From the IMG/VR virus record IMGVR_UViG_3300048898_000130, positions 1 to 42,992 of that record: 42,992 nt of DNA. One strand, 5' to 3'. The DNA comes from a virus. Its lineage: Duplodnaviria; Caudoviricetes. Each line of letters begins with the position of its first letter. Positions within the stretch are counted from its first letter, which is position 1. Of the stretch, positions 34,138 to 42,992 are shown piece by piece. The notes under the pieces were generated by a model that did no database searches, was not told the origin of the DNA, and saw nothing but the letters and a program-made list of their open reading frames with translations. The position numbers and the translations under genes were made by a program.

Positions 34138-35528
34138 CAGCGCGCGTCCTTGTCGGGAGTCGAGTCACTGCCCTTTTTGCGCTTCACGTACCCGCTCAGC
34201 CGGTCGATCTGCTTTTGCAGGTCGTGCAGCGCCCCCTGCTGGCTCATCGCCAGGCGCGCCGGATCGACCATCTTCACGCCATTGACTTCCTTCACCGCGC
34301 TGCGGAACGTGCGGGTGGATTCGAGGTCCTGGGCCATGGCGCCCGTATAGCGGCCCTGCCCGTGCTTCGCCCCGTCCTTGTAGGTCCACTCGTGGCCCGG
34401 GGTCTTGCGCAGATCAGAGGCGATGCCACGGAGCTTGGTGATGGCTTTCTTGACGCGGCGATCGGAGGCGGCGGTTCCGCCTGCCATGAGTAACGATCCG
34501 AAGAAGCCCAAGACCTGCTGGCGCTTGGCATTGGCGTCGGCGTTGTTTTGCTGGACCGCCCCTGCCTCGATGCCGAGCCGCTGGATCTCCGCTTGCTGGT
34601 CCGCGGTGAGCATGGTCCAGGCCTGGTTGGCGTATTGCAGGCCGATGGCTGCCGCGGCCTTCTCCGCGTCGAGCCCTTGAGCCTCGGCATCCTGACGGGC
34701 CTTGTTCGCGTCCTGTCTCGCCTGCTCCCCGAGCCCCGCAAACGACCGGGTCTGCTCGTCGTTCATGCCCATCGTTTGCAGTTGCGCGCTCAGTTGCGAT
34801 TTGGCCGTATCGACGTCCATCGAGCGCACGTTATTGGCGATGTCGCCGCGGATCTGGATCGCCTGCAAGTTCTGACCCCTCTGGGTCGCCGCCTCCTGCG
34901 CCCGAATCACCGCGCCCTGTCCTCGGGTCTCGGCCGCGGTGGCAGCGTTCTCCGCCTGCGCCCGTCGAAGGGCCAGGGCTACCGCTGCAGGCCCACCCCG
35001 AGCCGAGCGAGCGAGCGCGATGGCCGTGCGCTTGTCCCGGTCGGCTTGCATGCGGAGCTGGGCCTCTGCCGCGGAGGGGCCAGCGGGTTGCTTGACGAAG
35101 TCCACCGCCGCGCCGAGCGCACCAGCCTGCGCCGACTGTCCCGCACCCTGGACCTGCAGTTGTGGCGCCGTACGCTGTTGCGCCGCCTCTCCCTGCCCAG
35201 CGAGCGTCCTCGCAGCTTGCTGGCCCTGGGCTTGGATGTCCGTGCCCGTAGAAACGATGTTCTGCCCGGCCTGTTTGATGTCCTCGACCGTCTGTGCACC
35301 CTCGGCCTTGGTGGCCTGCACATCGGCACCGAGTTGGGTGGGAGCGCTGATGGTCTTGGGCACCGCATCGCGCGAAGCCATGGCGGCTTGCGCCTCGGGA
35401 GAGCCCGCGCCGAATTGCTTGACGGCCGCTTCGAAGGCCGCTTGCAAGGGTGGCCACTCGGGATTGAGGGTCTCGGTAGTTTGACCACCGCCGTATTTGG
35501 CTTGATTGTCCGTGCCGATGTACGCCAT
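34137..35528 (-). CDS. Internal virion protein with C-terminal peptidase S74-like chaperone domain
   Basis: Gln/Ala-rich body; SDRRVKKAI...WTYK...GAMAQDLE...KMVD. Confidence 0.75.
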   Translation of the reverse strand: MAYIGTDNQAKYGGGQTTETLNPEWPPLQAAFEAAVKQFGAGSPEAQAAMASRDAVPKTISAPTQLGADVQATKAEGAQTVEDIKQAGQNIVSTGTDIQAQGQQAARTLAGQGEAAQQRTAPQLQVQGAGQSAQAGALGAAVDFVKQPAGPSAAEAQLRMQADRDKRTAIALARSARGGPAAVALALRRAQAENAATAAETRGQGAVIRAQEAATQRGQNLQAIQIRGDIANNVRSMDVDTAKSQLSAQLQTMGMNDEQTRSFAGLGEQARQDANKARQDAEAQGLDAEKAAAAIGLQYANQAWTMLTADQQAEIQRLGIEAGAVQQNNADANAKRQQVLGFFGSLLMAGGTAASDRRVKKAITKLRGIASDLRKTPGHEWTYKDGAKHGQGRYTGAMAQDLESTRTFRSAVKEVNGVKMVDPARLAMSQQGALHDLQKQIDRLSGYVKRKKGSDSTPDKDAR

Positions 35529-35540
35529 GTCGCTCGCTCC

Positions 35541-38500
35541 TCAGGTCATCTGTGTCGGGCCGCGCAGCGCAGCCTTGCCCATGGGGCGGGTGGTGAAGGC
35601 CCAGTAGTTGTACTCGACCCCCGCGGTGGCGGCTCCGGCCAAGGCCGTGACCTGGAAGTCCACCATCACGCTCTCGCACTTGTGCCGGTCGGTGGTCCAC
35701 TTGAAGTCCACCGGATCGCCCACGGCAAAGCCCGTCACGCTGTAGCTCGTGAGGGTCTCCGTCGATCCGCCCGTGAAAGTCGCCCCGCCGTCGAAGCGCA
35801 CGACGCAGGTGATGGTGCAGTTACCGCGGAACGTGCCGAAGAAGTGAAAGTCGAACGCGCTACCCTGTTGCGCCAGGCCCGACGGGTGGATCACCCCCGA
35901 GCGCCAGGCGTTGTTGATGAAGACAGCCGGAGGCTGAACCAGCTTCTGACGGTAGGCGACGCCGCTGCGCAAGAGGACCGAGCGCCCCTGGTACTGACAC
36001 CCTGCCGCGATGGTCGCGCCGAAGGGGCCTTCGGTGAACCACTCTTCTTCGCGCGCATCATAGACGAGAACGATGCCGTCTGTTCCAGCGGCGTTGTTGC
36101 ACGTGAAACGAACGCTCTCGGTCTCCTGGATGTAGTAGGCGCTCGTGATGTTGGGATAGAGAGACAGAACGGTCTTGACCGAGTTGCCGAAGCCCTGAGG
36201 GGTACTGCCCCCGCGGGGCAGCAAGTAGAGCATGTCGCTTTTGCCCTGAAACAACTGCCCCTTGCCGAACTCGACCAAGCTTTGCCAAGCTTGTCTGCCG
36301 CCGTAGATACCCACGTCCGAGGGCAAACGGTGAGGAGCTCCTAAGTCACCGTCACCGATGTCATCGAGACCAGGCCCGTCCATCTGGAAGATCTCGGTGG
36401 CGGTATGGATGATCCGCCGCTCATCGAGGCGCGAGACCGAGAGCACGTCGCCGCGCGCGTCACGCTGGAAGCCGATCTCATCTGACCAATTGATTTCCTC
36501 ACCGATGAACTGCGGTCGACTCTCCTGCACCCGCGGCCCCTCGGGGCAGCCGCCGGACAGGATGCTGTCCGCGCTCGCGAACAGGGTCGAGCAGGGCTCC
36601 GGGGCATCGAACGGCAGAGGCCCGCTGAGCGCACCGCGCGCGCCTTGGGTGTAGAGGGTCTCCTGGGATTCCAGGGTGGTATCGCTCGCGATGAGCGAGA
36701 GTGTCTCCGGCTCTCCAAAGTTGGTGTTGTTCAGGACGGAGGCGGAACGGTGCAGGGTGAAATCCCCTCCGGTGGTGTCGAGCGTCTCATAGATGACCGT
36801 CCGGAGTGCGCTGCCGTAAGTGGCACCGGTGGCGTTCTGCCGAGAGCTATGGGGAGTCGACGCGCTAACGGTGAGGGCCGTGTCACTGCCGCCGAGCGTG
36901 ACCTCGAACACCTCTCCAATGGTGCTCGAGATCTTCTTGCCCTTGGCGTCGAAAGTCTCCCACACCGGGACCAGTTGCTTGATCGCTCCGGGGGTCTTGA
37001 AGCCGCCGGTGGTGCCCGTGGCAGAGATGATCCGGGGGCGCTCGAGGAACACGCCTTCGGTGAGCTGGCGTCCGTCGAAGACCTGCACGACGCCACCCGC
37101 GAAGTATTCGAGGTCGCCAGCCTTGGTCGATTGCCGGCGTAGCGTGGACCCGGCGAGGAACTCCGAGACGACGGGATTCGGCTCGAAATCATCGTTGATG
37201 ACATGGCGCAGCCAGTAGCTCTTGCCCGTGCTCGAGTCGGTCGCGATGTTGCACAGGGTATTGGTGTCATCGCGAAAGGAGCCCGTCCCATATCCCTGCG
37301 CAGGCCGATCGGTGTAGGCGGCCACCATCTCGGTCGCAGTGCTCTGGCTGATGCCCGCGGCACCGAGGAAGTTCGCGCCGTAGCAAAAGAACGGGCGCCC
37401 CAGGCCGTCGAGATTCACGTCATCGGTTGGCGCTACCCCGGCAAACAGTTCCGTGCCCGCGAGCTGCGCCGGCTTGCTGTTGAGCTTGCAGTCATACCAG
37501 CGGCGAGTGGCGCTCACGACGTGAGTTGCCGGCGCGAGCGAGAGCATGACGATGTTGTCTCGGGTGCTGGCCGCGATGTCTTCTCCAATCAGGATGCAGA
37601 GGTTCGTGCCGGTGCCCGCGACACACATGCCGGGCTGAAGGGCGGCGACGACGCCACTGGCCAGATCGGAGCTGGTATTTTCGAGCGTGCCGCCGGCGAG
37701 CTCGTAGGTGTGGAGGTCGACGTGGCTATCGGCGCTCAGCACCCGCAACAGATGCACGCGCGCTGCCTGCCCGAAGACGGCGAACCACCGTTGTGCGGTC
37801 AGGGCCGTCGCGATGGTCTGAGTCGCCGTCCCGCTCGAGTTGAACAGTCGCAGGGTGATTCCACTGGTAGCGCGGTCGACGGCGATCCAGAAGCCCGTGC
37901 CGGCCTCGGTGGCCTGCATGTCGATGTCAACGATGGTCGTGCCCGCTGCAAAGGCCGCAGTGAGAGCGACGAGGGCGGTATCGGTGGCGGGGTTGTACCG
38001 GTAGAGGTCGACGGTGGTGGCAGTGACATTGACGGCCGCGATGAAGAAGACTCCACCGACAGCCACGACCTCCGCACGGGACGCGGTGGTACCAAGGGCC
38101 AAGTTCTGCACCAGCACCGTGGTGTCCGTGAGCGGATCGAAGATGTGGACGCGGATCGATAGCGTGAGCGTCCCACCGCGGGTGACCAGGCAGACCAGGC
38201 CCGATGCTGCAGCGACCTGGGAGGGGAAGGGCTCGAAGCCGATCGCCGGCATGCGCCCCATGTTCCGGACCCCCGTGACAGGGGTTAGCCTCCGGTTCTC
38301 GTTCGGGTCGCTCGGTCGCCAAGCAAACGCCGGCTGATTGACGAACTCGTACAGATCGATCGGGATGCTGCCCGACGTGCGGCAACCGAGCCCCATGAGC
38401 CTGCCATTGAACTCGTGCAGGTCGAAGAGCTTGCAGCCGTTGCCGCTCGGAGTGGTCACGGCGAGGGCCTCGTAATCGAGGCGCATCCCGAGGGCCCCGT

Positions 38501-38615
38501 CCTTCAGCTTGACGAGGTTCTCGACGGCCCGTGGCTTGCCAGCTTCCAGCAAACGGTCGTCGGTCTCCTGGTGGTATCCCGCCCCGAAGCTGAAGTAGCG
38601 CGTGCTCGCAGCCAT
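35541..38615 (-). CDS. Tail nozzle / tubular protein B-like protein (putative), 1024 aa
   Basis: N-terminus FGAGYHQETD...VENLVKL.DGAL..R.DY; beta-propeller-like repeats; VLVYDAREEEW. Confidence 0.7.
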   Translation of the reverse strand: MAASTRYFSFGAGYHQETDDRLLEAGKPRAVENLVKLKDGALGMRLDYEALAVTTPSGNGCKLFDLHEFNGRLMGLGCRTSGSIPIDLYEFVNQPAFAWRPSDPNENRRLTPVTGVRNMGRMPAIGFEPFPSQVAAASGLVCLVTRGGTLTLSIRVHIFDPLTDTTVLVQNLALGTTASRAEVVAVGGVFFIAAVNVTATTVDLYRYNPATDTALVALTAAFAAGTTIVDIDMQATEAGTGFWIAVDRATSGITLRLFNSSGTATQTIATALTAQRWFAVFGQAARVHLLRVLSADSHVDLHTYELAGGTLENTSSDLASGVVAALQPGMCVAGTGTNLCILIGEDIAASTRDNIVMLSLAPATHVVSATRRWYDCKLNSKPAQLAGTELFAGVAPTDDVNLDGLGRPFFCYGANFLGAAGISQSTATEMVAAYTDRPAQGYGTGSFRDDTNTLCNIATDSSTGKSYWLRHVINDDFEPNPVVSEFLAGSTLRRQSTKAGDLEYFAGGVVQVFDGRQLTEGVFLERPRIISATGTTGGFKTPGAIKQLVPVWETFDAKGKKISSTIGEVFEVTLGGSDTALTVSASTPHSSRQNATGATYGSALRTVIYETLDTTGGDFTLHRSASVLNNTNFGEPETLSLIASDTTLESQETLYTQGARGALSGPLPFDAPEPCSTLFASADSILSGGCPEGPRVQESRPQFIGEEINWSDEIGFQRDARGDVLSVSRLDERRIIHTATEIFQMDGPGLDDIGDGDLGAPHRLPSDVGIYGGRQAWQSLVEFGKGQLFQGKSDMLYLLPRGGSTPQGFGNSVKTVLSLYPNITSAYYIQETESVRFTCNNAAGTDGIVLVYDAREEEWFTEGPFGATIAAGCQYQGRSVLLRSGVAYRQKLVQPPAVFINNAWRSGVIHPSGLAQQGSAFDFHFFGTFRGNCTITCVVRFDGGATFTGGSTETLTSYSVTGFAVGDPVDFKWTTDRHKCESVMVDFQVTALAGAATAGVEYNYWAFTTRPMGKAALRGPTQMT

Positions 38616-38677
38616 GCTGATAAGGCCAGCCTATCACAGGATAGCGCGACCGTGCGGCCGGCTGCTAGTATTGTCGG

Positions 38678-39472
38678 ATGGTGCAACCGTGGCTTGCCCG
38701 TCGTACTCCAGGCCGTAGACCTCGCATCGAGGACCCCCAGTTCCGCTTGCGTGCCATTGGCTTGGCCAGCACGGGCATCAGTAGGAATGGCGCAGCGCAA
38801 CGCCTCGGAGTCGAGCCTGACACGCTCGGTGAGTGGCTGTCCCGAGGGAAAGCCCTGCCCGATGTCGAGCCCTGGGGCAGCTTCGCTCAGGACTACTTAC
38901 AGGCCGAGCGCGGTCTTGAGGAAGCGGCCACGAGCGCCGTTGCCCTGCGCGTTCAGGCCGTGCTCGAGCGACAGCGCATGCATCTCGAGTGGGCGGAGAA
39001 GCGCGGCCCCGAGCCTGAGCGCCCGGCAAAGCCAGCCAGGGGCGCCAGCGAGGAAGAACACGACGACTATGCGGAAGCCAGGGAGGAGTGGGAAGCGGCT
39101 CACCGGCGCTGGGACACACCGCCACCGGAGCCATCGTTGGCTGATTTCGAGTGGGTGATGCGCGTGATGACCTCGCGCTATCCGCGCGACCATGGCATCC
39201 ACCCTCACCGATTGCCGGAGCCATTCCCCGACGGCTCGGCCTGGTTGGAGCGCCACCAGCTGACCCAAGAGCAACTGACCGAGATGTTCCGCAAGCCACC
39301 TGAACCGGTGCAGGAGGCGCTGGTGGCTGCGGCCGACGAGGTCTACGCCCTGCTCTGCGCGAGCGGCTGGAGCCCGGAGGGGAGGCAACCGGACGGCATG
39401 GTGAGCGTCCCCTCAGATGGTGACGGTCGTGGCGAGGATAGATCAGAGGGCGAAACCGGCCCAAGGGAATAG
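38678..39472 (+). CDS. Terminase small subunit (putative)
   Basis: HTH GISRNGAAQRLGVEPDTLGEWLSRG, long helices, W...RYPRDHG; adjacent to TerL. Confidence 0.65.
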   Translation: MVQPWLARRTPGRRPRIEDPQFRLRAIGLASTGISRNGAAQRLGVEPDTLGEWLSRGKALPDVEPWGSFAQDYLQAERGLEEAATSAVALRVQAVLERQRMHLEWAEKRGPEPERPAKPARGASEEEHDDYAEAREEWEAAHRRWDTPPPEPSLADFEWVMRVMTSRYPRDHGIHPHRLPEPFPDGSAWLERHQLTQEQLTEMFRKPPEPVQEALVAAADEVYALLCASGWSPEGRQPDGMVSVPSDGDGRGEDRSEGETGPRE

Positions 39473-39473
39473 T

Positions 39474-40952
39474 TCAGGCAGCCCGTTCGATCGCCTCCCG
39501 GAGAGCTTCCTCGTACTCGACGTTCTCCCGCGCCTGCATCCACTGCAAGGTGCCTTCCTTCAGCGGCTCGGCCTTCGGACGGTGGTCTCCGAGGTGCGGT
39601 GTGATGGCATAGAGCAGGCTATCCCACACATCGTCACTACAGCGCGGGGAGTGGAGTGTCCGGGTCTCATCCCAGACGAGACTGACGGCCTCGTGTCGCA
39701 GGTCATTCGTGCCGGCGGTGTGCAGGAGCAGCGTATGGTTCTGCACCGCACCCTGAGCCAGCTGGATCCGCCGGAGCTTCGGGCCCTTGTCGGCTCCGAC
39801 GACGGGGACCCCCCACTTGCGGTAGCTCTTCTCGATGATCTTGCCGGCGGAGGCAGAGTCGAGGAACACCGTGGCCTTCGGGTATCGCGTGCAGAGGCGC
39901 ACGAGCTCCTTTGCCAAGGAATCGACGGTGATGTCCGGCAAGCGACGCGCCTCGGGGATCCAGATGAACGGCAGCGTGCTGTGCGAGCAAGCGACCGTGA
40001 TGGCCGCGTGATCCAGGTCCTCGTCCTCGGGCCCGTTGGCGCCCAAGTCACACCCAATGGTCACGTAGTCGGGCTCGATGGGCAGTTCGGTGTAATTGTT
40101 GGCCGCGGTGAGCCGGTAGATGAGCGCCCGGAGATCGGTGATCCACTGGCCCAGGTACTCGCGCACGAAGCGCGCCGGGAGCAGGTGCCAGTGCTTCGGG
40201 TCGGCGATGATCTGCTCGAGGGAATCCACCCCCGGAGGCCAGGTCTCTCGCGCCGGAACGCCCTGCATGCGGGTGAGGGCACCGATGAAGTGTGCGAGTG
40301 CGGGGATGTGCGGATTGGTACGCGCATCCCACGCATAGACCGGGTAGTGCAGCGACTCTCCGGAGGAGAGCTTGTGCCAGTAGCCGTAAGGCACAGCCCC
40401 CGGAGTGCCCCCCGCGAACCAGCGCCCGTCGTAGTCCATCAACCGGGGCTCGACGCAATCGTGGATGTCGTACTCGAGCAAGGTCGGGTTGAGCGAATCG
40501 CACTCGTCCCAGCCTGCCAGGACCCAGGGCGTCCCGCGGCGCTTGTTGCACTCCGATCGGTCCCGGCACCCGCGGAGTAGCACGCGGTAACCGTTCGGCC
40601 AGACTAGGGAATTGTCCTTTTTGCGTTCGGTGATGCCGAGCCCGAACTGCTCGTTCAGCTTCCAGATGCCGGGCAAGAGGATGTCCCTCGAGCGCTCCAC
40701 CGAGATCGTGATGAAGACCGAGCTACACCCGGGGTGCGCGGCGCTCGGACGGTGGAACTTGGCCGCCATGCCGTAGCTCTTGCCGGCGCCTCGACCCGCG
40801 CGCGCAATCACGCCCTGCTGCTGGTCCTCCGCGAAGGGCCGTTGACCCGCGGGAGACATGCTGGCGCAGATCTCGCGCCACTTGGGGGAACTGACCGAGC
40901 CCCAGCGCCCGGTGCCGAGACGCAGGAGTGCGCCGATGCGTGGATCGCTCAC
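39474..40952 (-). CDS. terL: Terminase large subunit
   Basis: AGRGAGKS Walker A, WDECD Walker B, GGTP, REYLGQW, IGCDLG and DDVWDSLLYA nuclease motifs. Confidence 0.93.
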   Translation of the reverse strand: MSDPRIGALLRLGTGRWGSVSSPKWREICASMSPAGQRPFAEDQQQGVIARAGRGAGKSYGMAAKFHRPSAAHPGCSSVFITISVERSRDILLPGIWKLNEQFGLGITERKKDNSLVWPNGYRVLLRGCRDRSECNKRRGTPWVLAGWDECDSLNPTLLEYDIHDCVEPRLMDYDGRWFAGGTPGAVPYGYWHKLSSGESLHYPVYAWDARTNPHIPALAHFIGALTRMQGVPARETWPPGVDSLEQIIADPKHWHLLPARFVREYLGQWITDLRALIYRLTAANNYTELPIEPDYVTIGCDLGANGPEDEDLDHAAITVACSHSTLPFIWIPEARRLPDITVDSLAKELVRLCTRYPKATVFLDSASAGKIIEKSYRKWGVPVVGADKGPKLRRIQLAQGAVQNHTLLLHTAGTNDLRHEAVSLVWDETRTLHSPRCSDDVWDSLLYAITPHLGDHRPKAEPLKEGTLQWMQARENVEYEEALREAIERAA

Positions 40953-40975
40953 TGGTCAAGTACATCTAGCACCGT

Positions 40976-41004
40976 TTGACGTAAACCGGCCAGCGCGCTA
41001 GGTT
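40976..41004 (+). promoter_or_regulatory. Sigma70-type promoter for portal/head operon
   Basis: TTGACG-N17-TAGGTT, 14 nt before TTG 41019. Confidence 0.6.
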
Positions 41005-41018
41005 GCCGATGACCCACC

Positions 41019-42992
41019 TTGGCCAAACCCAACCACGTCAACTGGGCCAATCGCGAGCCCGACAAGGCCGCGAAATGGATGGCTGGCAAGGTCGAGCACT
41101 GCGAGCAGCAGTCGACCTGGCGCCACTCGATGGCCGCACGAGGCGCCGCTGCGTACCAGGGCCTCTCCACCGGTGACCTCTTCCACGGGCTCTCCCCGTT
41201 CGACAGACCGAAGACCAAGCGGGCCAAGGCCGGCGGCTGGGGCACGAGACAGCGCTGGAACTACGCGCGGGCCATCAGCGAGACCTTCTGCGAGAAGCTG
41301 ACAGGTCTCGACGAGCCCAAGACGCAGATGGTTGCAACCGATGCCGAGTGGGAGATTCGCCGTCAGGGCATCTGGGCAGACCGCTTCATCGAAGGCGGCA
41401 TGCACGAGGCCCAGGGGCAGTTTCTCGACGGCTGGGATCTGGTCCGTCATGGCTTTTTGCTCGCTGCCGTCTCGACGGGCACCGTCGCTGCCCGCGTGGA
41501 GGAGGACTACGTTTCCAAGCGCGTGACCATGGCGCTCCGGTCCACGCTCTCGACCTTCATCGATCCGGGGGATGTCGCGGCGGGTCGACCGCTGACCTTC
41601 ATCGATGTCACCTGGGAGAACCCCGAGTACCTGGTCTGTGACCCGCGCTTCAAGGCGCACAAGGACTGGATCATGGAGAGTGCCGTCGTTCCGCCCTTCC
41701 ACCGGGGCGTGAGCGACAACGGGCCGTTCTTCGATACGCCCATGGTCAAGATGGTCTCGGCCTGGCGCATGCCGTTCGGAGGCGAGAAGGGCTTCAAAGG
41801 CAGGGACGCGCGCTTCGTCGGGGGCAAGGCGATCCATTGGGAGAAATGGGAGGACCCGACCCCGCCCTTGGCCTTCTTCGGCATGACCCGCTGCATCGGG
41901 GACTCCTTCTGGTGCGAGAACTTCATCGAGATCATGATGGGCGCGCTCGAGCAGGCCGACGACATCGCGGTCACGGCCGAGCGGGTGATGAAGCTGACTT
42001 CCCAACGCTGGCTGGTCATCGACAAGAAAGCGACCGACATCAACGACGTGCAGAACGCCAAGGACGTCAGCATCGTCAGCTATGACTCGACCCGCGGAGC
42101 CAAGCCCGAGGTGAAGGACATCGGCATCCTGCACGCCGACTATTTCAACTGGCTGGATCGCAACATCGACACCGCGATGAAGCTCGCCGGCATCCCCGAC
42201 ATGCACGTGTCTGCGCAATCACCTGCAGGGACAGACAGCGGGAGAGCCAAGCGCCTCGAGGCATCGCTCCTTCCCGAGCGTCACGCGAAGAAACAGCGCA
42301 ACTGGCGGCACTGGTCGGCGGTCGATATCGCCAAGCTCTTCGTGCGCGCGGCCCGCCGCATCGGGGAGGTCGAGCCCAAGTGGCAAGTCACCTGGCCCGG
42401 TCAGGACTTCGACGCCAAGGTCGAGGTGGGGGTGCTCGACATCGACACGACCCAGTACGTCATGCGGCCCTATGCCGTGAGCGAGCAGAAAAATACCCCC
42501 GCCGACCGAGCCCAAGCCGCCCAAGAGATGCTCGACCGGGGGGAGATCACGACCGACCAATTCAATCTCATCGTTCAAGGCGCCTACGACGTGCCTCGGG
42601 AGAGCCGAGGCCCCGCGGTCATGCGGCGCTATGTGTCGATGGCCCTGGACGACATCCTGCACTGTGAAGAGAGCGTGATTGCGGACGAGAACGAGTACAT
42701 GTCCTCGCGCTACATGCCGCCCTTGCCCTTCTGGTCGGGCCCCGCCATTGCTACGGCCACCGCCCAAGCTCAGGAGATCTACTCCCAGGCCATGATCGAC
42801 AAGGTGCCGCAGAACCGCCGCAACATCATGCGTAGGTTCTTGGAAGAGCTCGACGCCATGACGCTCAAAGAGCAGCAGGCCGAGACCGTGGCGCAGAACA
42901 CCAACATCAGCGTGGACGCAACGCTTGGGCAAGTCGCCCCTCAGCTTGCTCCCGATGCCGGCGCCGTGCCTGGCGCAGCCCCACCCCCACCC
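41019..42992 (+). CDS. Portal protein (687 aa when joined through to position 217; absent from ORF track)
   Basis: Uninterrupted frame MAKPNHVNW...WNYARAISETF...GDSFWCENF...GTDSGRAKR...; size and position next to TerL and before scaffold and capsid. Confidence 0.8.
   Translation, partial: MAKPNHVNWANREPDKAAKWMAGKVEHCEQQSTWRHSMAARGAAAYQGLSTGDLFHGLSPFDRPKTKRAKAGGWGTRQRWNYARAISETFCEKLTGLDEPKTQMVATDAEWEIRRQGIWADRFIEGGMHEAQGQFLDGWDLVRHGFLLAAVSTGTVAARVEEDYVSKRVTMALRSTLSTFIDPGDVAAGRPLTFIDVTWENPEYLVCDPRFKAHKDWIMESAVVPPFHRGVSDNGPFFDTPMVKMVSAWRMPFGGEKGFKGRDARFVGGKAIHWEKWEDPTPPLAFFGMTRCIGDSFWCENFIEIMMGALEQADDIAVTAERVMKLTSQRWLVIDKKATDINDVQNAKDVSIVSYDSTRGAKPEVKDIGILHADYFNWLDRNIDTAMKLAGIPDMHVSAQSPAGTDSGRAKRLEASLLPERHAKKQRNWRHWSAVDIAKLFVRAARRIGEVEPKWQVTWPGQDFDAKVEVGVLDIDTTQYVMRPYAVSEQKNTPADRAQAAQEMLDRGEITTDQFNLIVQGAYDVPRESRGPAVMRRYVSMALDDILHCEESVIADENEYMSSRYMPPLPFWSGPAIATATAQAQEIYSQAMIDKVPQNRRNIMRRFLEELDAMTLKEQQAETVAQNTNISVDATLGQVAPQLAPDAGAVPGAAPPPP
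42866..42992. repeat. Terminal direct repeat copy 2
   Basis: Identical to 1-127. Confidence 0.95.

Overview
The window is an apparently complete, circularly assembled genome of a GC-rich temperate tailed phage: bases 1-127 are repeated exactly at 42866-42992, giving a unit length of 42,865 bp. No tape-measure or sheath gene is visible, and there is a nozzle-like protein plus three ejection-type proteins, so the morphology is podovirus-like. The host is inferred to be a myxobacterium (Myxococcota, possibly Polyangiales), mainly from the Mx8-like integrase layout; this is not proven. Recognisable modules are: portal (crosses the contig join and is missed by the ORF track), scaffold, capsid, adaptor and fibre on +; a GT2-TPR-methyltransferase fusion inside the head genes; a lysis cassette with a CHAP-type endolysin; a leftward accessory region carrying tRNA-like structured RNAs; an RHH regulator divergent from one long translationally coupled operon (xis-like, tyrosine integrase, replication initiator, sigma-like factor); a recombination/nuclease region; and ejection, nozzle and terminase genes split across strands. 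The most interesting signals are: (1) a full attP-like architecture inside the integrase ORF, placed so that integration would both truncate Int and cut the replication/sigma operon from its promoter in a phage with no recognisable cI; (2) a cluster of defective tRNA-Met-like or tRNA-mimic RNAs; (3) a candidate virion glycosylation/methylation enzyme; (4) three copies of a promoter-like motif, and a sigma-like gene flanked by a pair of paralogues. All functional calls come from motifs read by eye and gene context; no database search or folding program was run.
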